Assembly (NCBI GenBank): GCA_002633005.1
Contig: NMRA01000030.1
Span: 1,231,957-1,295,956, forward strand
Length of the DNA stretch: 64,000 nucleotides
Direction: 5' to 3'
Source: Phoronis australis
Taxonomy: Eukaryota; Animalia; Phoronida
Position numbers and translations under genes: made by a program. Every line of letters begins with the position of its first letter. Position 1 is the stretch's first letter. The notes below the pieces were generated by a model. The model ran no database searches. It was not told the origin of the DNA and saw nothing but the letters and a program-made list of their open reading frames with translations. Below are positions 39,458 to 51,639 of this stretch, one piece after another.

Positions 39458-42400
39458 TTAATACCCCCGAGAAAGTGGAGAAACTTCGCTGACCAAATAC
39501 AACCAGATACTGCAGACACACTCAAAGATAACAACCGAACAAAATACACGTGAAATCACAGTTACTAATCTTCAGAACAAAGCAGAAGAACCAATTTATT
39601 TACAGGGCGCCAAAAGATTGACGTCAATGGTTTAACATGACAGCTCCTTACGAGACTATTTTGATCCGCCACTATGTCTGTCATACGACCCATCTTCCAG
39701 TCACACCGGGGAAGGCCTTCCTCCTTGATGAGTACAACATCATTTACTTTCACATTACGACTTGGAATTTGCCATTTTAGACGACATTGCAATGTAGCCA
39801 AATACTCTTTTCTCCATCTTGTCCAAAAGAGATTCGCCAAGTATTGGGCACGCCTCCAACGCTTATGTGAATAAACGTCTTCTCGATGAAACTTTCCAGG
39901 TGGAGGCAGCAAGATCCATTTCTTAAAAGTAAGAATGTTGCTCGGTGATAACGGATCCAAATCGTTGGGGTCACTAGATACAGTTGAAAGGGGTCTCGAA
40001 TTCACTATGGCCTCCGCCTCACACAATACTGTGTGCAGAATGTTATATCTAAGCGATCACATTCGCGTAATGTGGATGATAACACTTTCCAAACAGTGCG
40101 AATTTGACGTTCCCAAAGACCACCGAAGTTACTAGCAGTTGGCGGGTTGAACGACCTGTCAATATTTTCTGTCAACATGTACCTCTGACACGTTCCTGGT
40201 CCATTTCGTCTATGGCTGCTCGTAACTCACAATCGGCTCCCACGATGTTGGTACCGTTGTCACTGAAGATGGTACTAACTGGCCCTCGTCTAGCCAAAAA
40301 TCGGCGCAGAGCATTAATGGCTGTTAAGGCTGTAAACCACTTCTAAATGTATGGCCCGGCTAGAGAAACAAGTAAATATGACACCGTAACGCCTATACAC
40401 CTTTGTACCTCCTTTAACTTGGAACAGACCGAAAAAGTCTGTGCCTGTGTATGTAAAAGGTGCTTCTGGAATAGTGCGTTTAACAGGCAAATTAGCTATC
40501 TTTTGCTCACATGCTTGACCACGTAAACGACGGCAAGTCACACATCTGTTAATAACTCTACGAAGAGCAGCGTTGGCGGCAACAATCCAGAACTTCTCTC
40601 GTAAGGTTGAAAAAAACATGATTCCTACCAGCGTGAGCCAGGTGCACGTGATAATGGCGATCAACAAGCGTTGTAACGTGGCTCTGTCTAGGCAATAGGA
40701 TGGGATGCTTCATACTATCCTTCAGCAAAGCTTTACCGAGACGACCGCCAACACGTAACAAACCTCTGTCCAAGAAAGGGTACGCTTTAATCAGCGGTGA
40801 ACTTTTCTTGCCTCCACCGTTACCCGAGATCCTTTCAAAATCATCTTTGAAGTATTGTCTCTGAGTAAATTTCAACACACTGGCTCCCGCTTCATCCACC
40901 TTCTCAACCGTAAGTGGCGCTGACAACCAACTCTGGTCACTGGAATGTCCATTTCGTTTTCGTTGTACCAACCATTTCTGAAATCGACTGGAAACAGCTC
41001 AGCTTTCTTTAACGGCAACCATTTAGAATAATAATCAATCAATTGTTGCAAACCGCTAAGACTTTCATTAGAATTTGTCACATTCACAAAAGTCTCAGAA
41101 CCGGCAGCTTCATCACTAGGTACTGGAAACGCGCTTGGCTGAGGATAATAACAGTCCCCAGACAACAAGATATTGGGACCATTAAACCAACTATCGTGAC
41201 AGAGAAACTTCTCAGCATCTAAACCGCGTGACGCACAATCAGCTGGGTTAAATTCAGAACGCACATACCTCCATTGCGAAGGGTTGCTGAAGTCTAGTAT
41301 TTGCTGTACCCTGTTGGCGACGAAAACAGGGAACCTATTACTGCGACTGTGCACATAATACAGAACCGTCATAGAATCTGTGTGGAAGACCGATGTCGCC
41401 GAGTCCAGGTCGAGTTCGATGCACAGTATGCTCTCTATCTGTACTGACACTGTAGCGGCTACGAGTTCCAGATTGGGAATCGTCATTCGTCAGAGAGGCG
41501 CAACCCTGGTATTATCTCGTGTGGGTGGTGCAGACACCTTGCGTTGCTGTCCCGAGACAACTGGTAACGATGACGTCAGAGCATCAGAATCAAGGTCAGG
41601 GGTCGTTGGCAAATGTTTACCATGCTCAAAACTGTTTGTATCGTTCGTCGTTGATCTCTCTAAGTGAAGTTTAGTAGGATGTCTTTTAAAGCATTTGTCA
41701 TCCATAGACAACGGTCTAAACGAATCACAATCATTTAAGTCGTGGTCCAGTAAACAATAATGATACACTGGTGACTTTCTTTCACGTGATGGCGTCGTTT
41801 CCGTGGTGGCGGCAAAACCGGTCTTTGAATAAGTCGGCTTGGGTGGTCTTGCCGCAGCTTTATTCCCAAAAATATGGTCGTTGGCAGTCACCACAGCCTT
41901 CTGAATGAAGCTAAAAAGTCTGGCAAACGTGAAAGTTTTGCGTCGTTCGTCGCTGTCCACAAAGTCGCGCCATTTGTGTTGCAGATATAACAGAAGTTTG
42001 AGAACAATTGCTTGAAAAGATTAGGTATGTGATTCAATACCGTCAAGAATTCAAGCTTCGACATGGCGTGCTCACACTGTTTCAGAAAAACAGAAAATCG
42101 CTTCATGCCACTGCAATCTTCAGGTTTAATTGTAGGCCATGAGTGGAGTTTGTTTAAAAACGACGAAGCAACCTTCTACGGGTCACCGTATCCATGTTTC
42201 AAAGTTCGCCGTGCTTCCTTGTACCCATCTTCCGGATTCATGAACGGACATCCGGCTACGAGCTCCTTTGCTTCGCCTGTTAAGTAAGAGTCCAAGTAGT
42301 ATAAACGCTCTGTGTTAGTTGAGTTCAGTGGTACTATCTGCGAATCGAAAGCCATCTCGAATGTCAAAAAAGTCTTGATTTCTCCTGAAAACGTCATGAG

Positions 42401-42894
42401 ATTCGGTGGCGGCAGACGTAACGTTGATAAAATACTGGTTAATGCTTTATCGGAATTTTCAGGTTTAGAAATAAGAAACGTAGGTGGCATAACGTGGGCA
42501 CCTGGGACGCTCTGCTGGGTTAACTAAATGCTTTTGATTTGACGCATGAGTCGTTGGTACTTGACGCAGCTTTCAGCGCTGCCTCCTCGGCGTTTGCTTT
42601 GGCGATTCGAACATTCAGGGCACTCAACAAATGGTGACGTTTAACTTCGATTTCGGTCTTTTTAGCTCGGCCTCCAATTCTAACGACTCCTCCAATGCAG
42701 CCTTTTTGAGCTGCCAAACCGACGGTTGTCATGGTGGCTTTCAACCCGAGGGCCGGCGTTCGAACTTGTCGAGGATTTCTTAGACGACGATGACGAACGC
42801 CTAGAAGTCCTCGCGAAGAAGCTTTAATAGCGGAGTTGCAACGCCGCCATATTGGAAATGGGTCAGAATGTTGCATTGTGGTTAAGCCGGTAAA

Positions 42895-44686
42895 CAAGTA
42901 CGTCGGCAAGCGTGGGGGCGAACCGGCCACAGGGAGGTTATACGTGTTGTGTGCCTGGCATGCTATAATACCAGTTAGCGAAATAAAAAATTTAGTTACT
43001 ACCTGTTTCCCAAGGATCAAGAACTGCGTTAAACATGGGTCAGAGACATCGGTAGAGCTGGTAGCAAAGGCCGACTTCGTGAATTCTTTCCGACTTCGTA
43101 GCATAAAGTGTGCAGCGCTCATTTTGAGGGCGGCAAGAAAACGTATCTTAGAAACTGCCCAACAATATCTCCCTTCAAAGAAACAGTAACAAATACTCCA
43201 CGGCGGTTGGTAGTGAAAAAAAAACTTGTTTTCGCTTGACCAGAACCAAGCCAACATGAGCAATTTTGAGGATAATGCCTCTGCACAATCACCTGTTCTG
43301 GGTCGACTCACTTAACGTATGCACACTATATGCATTACGCGCTAAGATAAAGCGTGCAGATTATTATTATTTACTTTCTACAAAATTGTGGTACATTGCT
43401 ATCAAAATTCGTTGTTAAATTACGATCATTTTTCATAAAATTTTGTTGAAGTTCCAGGGCGAAATCTTGCCGACAAATGCGTAGCTGCTGGTCTCGCAAT
43501 CGTCGATAGGGCTTGAATTCTTAAATAAGAATACAGCTTTGACTCAACAAATTACCTGAAATCCTCCTCAAGTTTTCCAAATAGCGTCTCTAAGATTTTT
43601 AAGTTCTTGTGAAGTCTGGATTAACTGCAGATTAAGTCCAAATCTACGCTAGATTGTAGCACGCAACCCGAGAAAAATCTCTGTGGGAACACATGTTGTT
43701 GTCACGTGACGTTTGTTTTGAAGTTTGTATGCGTGTGTGTGAGAGTAAGCGTGCGTGTGCTTGTCAGAGTTCATTTGCCAGAGTAATGTAATGATCTAGG
43801 TGTGCATTGTATCCAAAAAAAAAATAAGTCAAGCAGTCAAGCAGAGCGTGTTTTAATATTTACGGCTTAGCACTTGCTGGCCTCATCTGCTAAAAACGTT
43901 CGAGAATTTTTTCGGTAAGACCGACATGTCACTCATTGAGTCGCCGGGTGAGTGGATGCGTGACCGTAGTGTAACAGCTATTTCCCGGAAGATTTGGAGT
44001 GTAAGGGTGCGAAGTGGGTCATTTTGACCTTAAAAACACCAATTATGATTAGTTAAATAATTTCTCTTAAAAATAATGCAGAAGCATTTTACGGTATTGG
44101 AAACTTTCGGAAATTAGTGCCAATATTTATTTGCCGATGCTATGTTATCCGATTAATCTTCGATGACAGTCGGTACATTATGCAGCGCGCACTTCTTGGT
44201 CGCGTGCTAACACTGGTCGAGTTTTTTTTATTAGTCTTTGATTCACGGTTTTCACATGCACAAAGAAGTTTGAGGCCGGAGAAGATCTGTACTTGAAAGA
44301 AACAATGCAATCCCGTTCTTCGACAAGTACGCTGTGTCTGTTTTCAAAGTCCAGACCCGCGTAGTGGGGCACATCCCTCGCAAGAGCAGCAAAACTTCTG
44401 CGTTCTTTTTGAATCGCGGCGTAAGTTTGAAGTGTATACGGACATAACGGTGAGGCTCGTGGTCCGTTACAAATTCAGGCTGTCAGATCTTTCAATTGAT
44501 AAATTGGAGACGTTAGAATTGTAGGTAAGGACATTTTTCGCATGTAGTTCATGGGCTGGGCGCTTACTTTAGCAAAGTCTGAAAACGCGTTGGGGCACTT
44601 GTTGAGCCATGGGCGCTAATTAGGGCGAATAGCGGCAGAATTACATACAGCAGCGTAGTTTAATGCACACAAATTACACGTCGTGC
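42895..44686 (+). mobile_element. ~1.8-kb insertion in the BEL gag region containing a HIRAN-like remnant
   Basis: The gag-like sequence is interrupted here. IHGFHMHKEV*...FDKYAV...VVGHIPRKSS...FFLNRG lies at 44241-44450, and gggcgctaattagggcgaata near 44610 looks like a Tc1/pogo-type end. Boundaries are approximate. Confidence 0.5.
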
Positions 44687-45306
44687 AAACCAGTCGGTCA
44701 TGCCGTTTACCATCAACAATCCCAGTAGCCTTTGCGCACCCTAATTTCCGGACATGCGCAATCGTTAAATCGATTCGGTTGCAACTCCGCTATTGAAACT
44801 TCGGATACTGAGTGAAGGTTTTGTTGAAGCGAATGTTTAGTTTCCATTACCCACTGGTGTACAGTATCACAAAAATTCATGAAACACTTGAATCTGATCA
44901 TGGTACTTCTGACTCACTGTCTTACGCTGTATCTCAGTTGTGATCAAATCTGTATGACTCTGATAAGCGTCCGCAAAACCTGGCATTGTCACCAAATGTA
45001 ACCAGTTCATTTTTGACGAGATGCAAGTGCTCAGTACTTTCCATTAACTTTTTCCTTTTTTTCATCTGCCTTGTTGCCACAGCTGTAGTCCATGACTGTG
45101 GCATCTACAAGTCATTTCGCCTAACGGTGTCAGCTGCTTCATCATGATGAACTATTGATTTGGTCACTCCACGAACACCAAGCCTGACAATTCAGTTGAC
45201 CTGGGTAACAATAGATTTTCTTCCCGGCGACCATTCGTTGCGCTCCGGTGTTCAACTGTTCACCATAGTATTACATGAGTTACGTAACACAGGCATGATT
45301 TTACTA

Positions 45307-46073
45307 TGTTCTGGCGCAGTGTCAGCTAGCGATCGAGAGAAACACAGGTTATTCTATGTACAGCCTATTCTTTTATTCGAGTGCCGTCAGTACATAGATA
45401 AACCCGTAAACTGAAATAAACAAAACCCCCAAGTCACTACTACGAAATACAATACGAACACAGATAGCGACAATATATACAAAAACCCTTATTTACATCA
45501 ACGAAGAAAATAAACAAGTAACGAAATGGCAACATCAGATAAACTGATCTTTTATATTATATGAAAATACTAGATACAAAACGAACATAATTCATACACA
45601 ACTGTACCGTGAGACCGTGACCAAACTAGATATCAAGTCACCCTAAACAATTACAATAATATGAGCTAGAAAAAGACTGGTGTGTGAATTGCAATCTCAA
45701 AGTCATAGAGAACAACACCCGAACCCCCGACATGTACCACAAAGGAAGAAATACGGCGAAATAAATAAAGCGAAAAATACTGAAACTACGGACACGAGAG
45801 AATGCATTGCACAAACCAGAAATGTAACGATAAGCAAAAAGAACAATACTTACATCATGAAAACCCTGCAATCTCAACGACGAAACCAATGACATGCCTA
45901 AACTGCACACAGATAAGAAATTTGAAATACGAATGAATGGAACTGGCGGGTAAAACGCTTTCAGTGCCACGTGACAAGTCCATAATCTGGGGGGGGGATA
46001 CTTGAAAATGAGTACAACAGAAAACAATACTAAATATACATAGGCAATATGAATGATTGCGTCTGCAGAAACA
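45307..46073 (-). repeat. 5' LTR of the BEL/Pao element
   Basis: Direct repeat of 38724-39457. Confidence 0.93.
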
Positions 46074-46259
46074 GTGTTTTTGGGACTGTGATTATATTGT
46101 GTTGTTGGGACTGTGAAACAAGTTTAATTAATACGAATAAACTGAGACGAGTAACTTTCTTTTTTAATTTCAAAATTTTCTTTTGTTCGCTATGACCCTC
46201 TGTGAAATGTGATGTCGCACGCTATTAGTGAACGCCAAATAACCAAACTCAACTCAAAG

Positions 46260-46975
46260 TAAATACACAAAACGTACCGAGGGTGGCGTAGATGAAGTAA
46301 AATCCCACGAGACTTTATTCCGCGTATCGATACGCGGAATAATGTCGAGTGGGATATTACTTCATGTACGCCAATCGAGGTGGGTCTTATATTTATCCCA
46401 TGCGCTTCGTATTCCTAAGTTTCTTTCAGTTTTTCGGCAGATTTTTTTAATACTTAACTCAGACTGTTCACGTGGCAGATCACAGCCGATATCTATGTAC
46501 TTGCGCGTTAGGTTGCAAGTTTTCTCTAGTAAAAGTTAAATGTTACGATTTATCACTTGAAAAGAGATAACAAAGATGAAAACAAGGGTAACTTTTCATT
46601 GCACTTGTAACATCTTCTGAAAATAGTTAAATAACAACAATATTTGATATTGTAGTTTCCGATTAATCGGCGCCTGAGCTTCAGACGATATAATATTTAG
46701 CAATTGAAAACTGAAACAGAACTGTTATATATTTAACAGTTCTCTTCCAGATGTTACGATTGGGACCTGATTGCATGTTGAGTGATATTTACACTGCTGC
46801 AAATGTATTACTTTAAACTATGTTCTGAAAGTTTTATGATCGAACCGGCTAACGACGTCGAGTCGATATATTGACCTACCTTTTAAACTCTCCAGGTCAC
46901 TGTTGAAGTAGTGCGGGAGGTGAATACGAGAAACATTATTACTTGGCCGTATAGCACTCGACTGATTCAACGCGT
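46260..46975 (+). repeat. Dispersed ~700-bp repeat, copy 2, including a 90-bp palindrome (46284-46373)
   Basis: Homologous to 34210-34915. Confidence 0.8.
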
Positions 46976-47367
46976 ATGCCATAAACATTGTTTCTAATTA
47001 AATGATGTTGATTGATTTAAAAATCACTATTCAAATCAAGCTCATTCGATATGTCCATTTCCGTGTGCATTAAGTACTACATATAGTAATATCAGTTTTT
47101 GCAACGTATTTGGCGCGTCAACCGCATTTTGGAATAAATTGAAACCAAACTGCGATACTATGTGGATAGGTTCGTGGCAATCGTCTCCGTCGCATCTTCC
47201 ATTCATTGCATTCAAAATACGCCTAAATAGTCAAGTTTACAGATGTCGAACTAAGAACTAGTTCTCTATCAGTCACTGATTATTTACAACGACAGTCTCA
47301 ATGTGTTACATGATCTCTATTTGCAATGGCTAGAGCTTACAAAAGTTTCATAGTGCGTAGATTTGAC

Positions 47368-50300
47368 TACAGTGGCCCAAAGATGACATCGCGAGTTTCT
47401 TTTTAACTATCTTAGAATCCCGAGATCCCGACTTAATTATCTCAGGCTCTTGAGATAATTTTCTCAGTATGTCGCTGTACGTTAGCAGTCTTCTGACTCT
47501 TCGCATTGTCACACCATCTGGATCGATAGAAGAAAAAATGATGCACAAAGTTTGACGTTTCACCATCATGCCATTAGTGACACATTTATGGTGCATGAAT
47601 CTATAACCATATTGCATCGATATTTGTCGATCTATCATCACATCGACGCGAAGGCCCAGTCTCAACAACCAATTCCGAAGTTGCGCAACGCGAATAATGA
47701 TACCTGAGCATGTCTACAGTTTCTTAGTTGCGACAGCCCTAAGTTGAAAAGATCTCTAACAGCTTCATCTCTATCCAAATTGAAATATAACAGAAAACAA
47801 ATTCTATCACGCGAGACCGATTTTATAACAGTGAGAGACCTAATTCTATTTTTGTTTTTCAGCCAGCAACACTAGTAGTAGGCTACTGCAGTTTTAAGTG
47901 GAAAGAATATTTTTGAAATCATCCTATAAACATCAGACATTCAAATCTGTTGTGGTAAATCTAAGTTTTGTACTTTCCCCAGATCGTGCTAGCTGGACTG
48001 TTGACTGATGGAAGTTCTAAGCATAAGCGTTGTCACTGATATCTTTTTGCTATGATGCGTCCTGATACATGTAGCTCTACAGTACTGTGTGGATCAAGAT
48101 TGTAAATGGCCTTAATTACTTGTCCTGATGATAATGTACGAGACATCAAAACCTGTTGAAGTTGAAAAATCTCGTTGTTTTTATAAATATTGACGCTTAC
48201 TTTTCTCCATTGAGACCATTTAGCGTTATATACCAGACAGGATCGAATGTGCTTTCGCAAGCATTGAAGTTGAGTCGTCTACCTTATTATGTATTAACGT
48301 AGAAATTTTTCAAGGGCCACTGCCATTTCAATAATTTGATCATGGTCACCAATGCTTGAGTTCGGTTACCAACAATTTTGGTATGGTATTTTAGGTATTT
48401 CTTCTACAGTTTGTGCATTTCCAATCAAGAAATAAAGGCATGCATTATAAAATATTTTTGTGCGTGACGTCATCAGTGGATTCGATCTCCGTCGTTTGTG
48501 TCGTTCTACACCACAGGATCTGTCACAGAAGTGGAGATTTGATGAAGGTTTCTCTAACATGTAGGTGCATTTCATGGAAAAAATACATTGTATGTCTTTG
48601 CTGAGAACGTAGTTGTCGGCACATGTTGAGTATGAGCCTCAGTATCAAATTGTGACTGAGATAACCAATACGATATGCAGCAAGTTTCCATCAGTCTATT
48701 CTGGTTCAAGATTTTGTGGGAATGCATGCTATCCACATGTATGTCAATGCCCAATATCAAAAAAACGAAAAGTAGATGCCACTCAAATAGTTTGAGGTCA
48801 CGGCCACAGCCGGCATAGACGCTGGAGTCGGAAACCGGACACAAATAATCGACGGATCACAAGGGTACAAACTTTTTATAATTTTGGAACAGACAAGATA
48901 CAGACGAGTATCATTTACCAGAAATAAAATCCAGTTTGCATCACCATAATTATATATGATCGTTCCTGACCAACACACCCGGCATTCAAAGAAATAAAAT
49001 CAGTGTCCTTTATTCGCGTCTGGGCTTTGACAGTCAGGATAAAAAGGTTGGTTAGAGTTACATTACCAGACACTTGTGTGTTACACGGGAAAATACCGTT
49101 CGGCTGTGTTTGCGAGGTGGTTCGTTGGAACAGAACAAGAGATGAGTCTTGAGGAGTATATTGAAGACTGCAAACGTTACATTAGTAGGAACAACTCTCA
49201 ATGCGGAGAAACAACTACTAATCAACTCATGAAAACTACTACTGATACTACTGCATAACATACAAGTGGAAGTGATATGTATAGAGAACAAAGAAATACG
49301 CATTAACCAATCAAATAAGATGAACAACTAAAGGATCCACTATGCTGACAAGTAAACAGTTCTAGGAATAGGAAGTATTACTCATCTTCTGCATGCGGAG
49401 AAAGTGGTAGTAAGCAACAACAGTAAGGAATGTAATACTTTGACTAAACTGAATGAAGTAAAAACACAATAACACATTCTGCAACAACACTAAAGTGGTA
49501 ACAAAATTAAATTGTGACTCAGTGAAAAGCTTTAATTGGCACTCTGAAATCATGCTGGACTGTCCGAAGACTGAGTAGGCTCCAACTCTGCTTCACTCGC
49601 CAAAGACGCTGATGCAGGAGGGTCGAGTTCGCCCGGCCTCAAACACGCAGTCTGCCGATGTAGCGAGATCTAACCCATTACCTGCTTTACATGTACTTAT
49701 GGTCTGAGTGTTTTCTTCACTCCCATCTCCTCACCTGTCGTCCAGCTCGCTCCCAAAGTCTTAGTAACATATATAGACTGTCCACTGATCAACGTCTTCC
49801 ACTGATGACATCATGTAGTAGGATACCAAAAATCCTGATTTTTTCTTTAAAGTTCAAAATTCCTCAATTATTTTCCAAAATAAGTGCTTCTTCAGTTAGA
49901 TACTGTGTTATAAAATTATTATACACGGTCCAAAACCTCTAAAAGAGCAGAAATTCATTGTAGGAACGCTTTAATGCAACAGGTACTGATTTATTTTTGA
50001 GCAAGGATGCCGCTGAAAAATTATTTTACATTTGGAACATTTATTCTCTTGTACAAAATGCCTGCAGCCCATATTATACGCAGTTATACAATGTAGAAAG
50101 TTACGTGATCTACAACGTCTCTTCTTTTACCAGCTGTCAAAAGTCACATACGTGGACGTAGTAATTTTTAAACTATTCAAATTCTGAGGGCCCCTCGTGG
50201 GTTTCTGAGTTATTATCCTTGTCCAACTGAGGCCGATCGGCCCAAACCTCTAGAACTGATTTTTTTCTGTTGTGCCGTTCTTGTAGGCCCTCTTGTCCAC

Positions 50301-50510
50301 GCCCTCTCGACGTTCGTAACTATGCATTTGATTTCGTTTACCATGTCTTTTTATTCAAACTGCATCGAGTATTAATTGTGAAAGCCACGAATTTCGAGAT
50401 CCTGAGATAAATAAGTTACGATTTCGAGAACATGCGATAATTAAGTCGGGATCTAGAGATCGTGAGATAATTAAAAAAGAAACGCACCATGTCATGTTTG
50501 GGCAACCGTA
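47368..50510 (-). mobile_element. IS3EU-type DNA transposon, internally deleted
   Basis: TAC...GTA termini, imperfect TIR (tacagtggcccaaagatgacat / atgtcatgtttgggcaaccgta) with subterminal gagataatt repeats, and 6-bp TSD tttgac. Transposase fragment YGYRFMH...VKRQT...IDPDGV..RRVRRL at 47480-47668. Confidence 0.85.
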
Positions 50511-51639
50511 TTTGACAACAACGCGCATGTTTTCGCTCCGGCTACTGGCCCGAAATTTGCTCTAAGTTTCAGTGACGTGAAAGCAGGATGCTGTGAAAAT
50601 GTTTAATCGTTCTAGTAAGATGGATAATATTGGTAAAAATGTATTCCTTGGAAACGGGTTTCCCACTAGTTTAAAGAAGTGGCAAAGAGCTTTAATATGT
50701 CTCAAAATTACCGATTGACTATTTGAATATGACTTGAAGTGAAGTTGTGGTGAATGGTCACAGTAGAGGAAAAATGTCCTTCAATGCATAGGTCTGTTCA
50801 ATTCCTTGAAATTCCGTTAGAAAAGAAGCAAGTTCGATTTGGCGCCAAAATATTTCTCAAGCTGTACTTGTATATACTTGACGTCATACTGAGAATGACT
50901 AATATTGTATCGAATGAGCGTGATTCAAATGTTTTAAAAATAAGAAGGTAAATAAAACAGCAAGAATGGATCAACTGAAATTTTCGGATATAATAACGTC
51001 CTTCGTCAGCAGAAACAGAAATAAAGTAAAATCAAACACTATATGTGGCGTAATGAATATGATACATTGTTGCAGAAATAATGAAATGATATGATTTAAG
51101 AAGTTTTTATGTTTAATCCATGAGATTCTAGTGCATTGAGCTTGTCTATCCAAAATTGTTCTCTTTTGAGTCTATGAGGGGTACTGGGGTGTTGGAGTTT
51201 TTTATTATTTGTACAGAAAGATCTTGAAGATTGTTATATCCAAAAATTTCAATTCATCCATTCTTGTTGTTTTTTTAGCTATATGTATTCTACATTTCGT
51301 GAAACAATAGTATACTTAAGAGGATCTGGGTCGCCTTATTTAGTTTCAGATATATTTTTCTTCGTTAAAAATAAGGAAATGCCGCAAAAGAACAATTGCT
51401 TTACGATTTTTGGCAAACTGTGTCGAACCCACGTCAGCTTTCTGTTTGTTTAAATTACATGTACTTCAGGAACTAACTTTTCGTTAGGTAAAGTTCTCCA
51501 TTCTCTCCTTTCGGCAATAAACACTTGTTTCCGTTTTACATTCCGTGATTTTATGGAACGCAGGGTTGACACTTCACTGAAACTGCAGATATTACAGCAT
51601 AACATAAAGTGAAAACAAATACGTGGTCCTCTTGGACCA

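Larger units (their letters stand above)
38724..46073 (-). mobile_element. BEL/Pao LTR retrotransposon, internally deleted and decayed
   Basis: LTRs 45307-46073 and 38724-39457 (TGTT...AACA), TSD gtgct/gtgtt, PPT tcggggg next to the 3' LTR. gag DUF1759-like (FSGE...RLYYLDSYLTGEA), RNase H (RVAPL..TIP.LEL.AA, FVANRV, NPADCASRG) and integrase (G.DFFG, EAIVNSRPL, FW.RWRKEYL). Confidence 0.95.
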
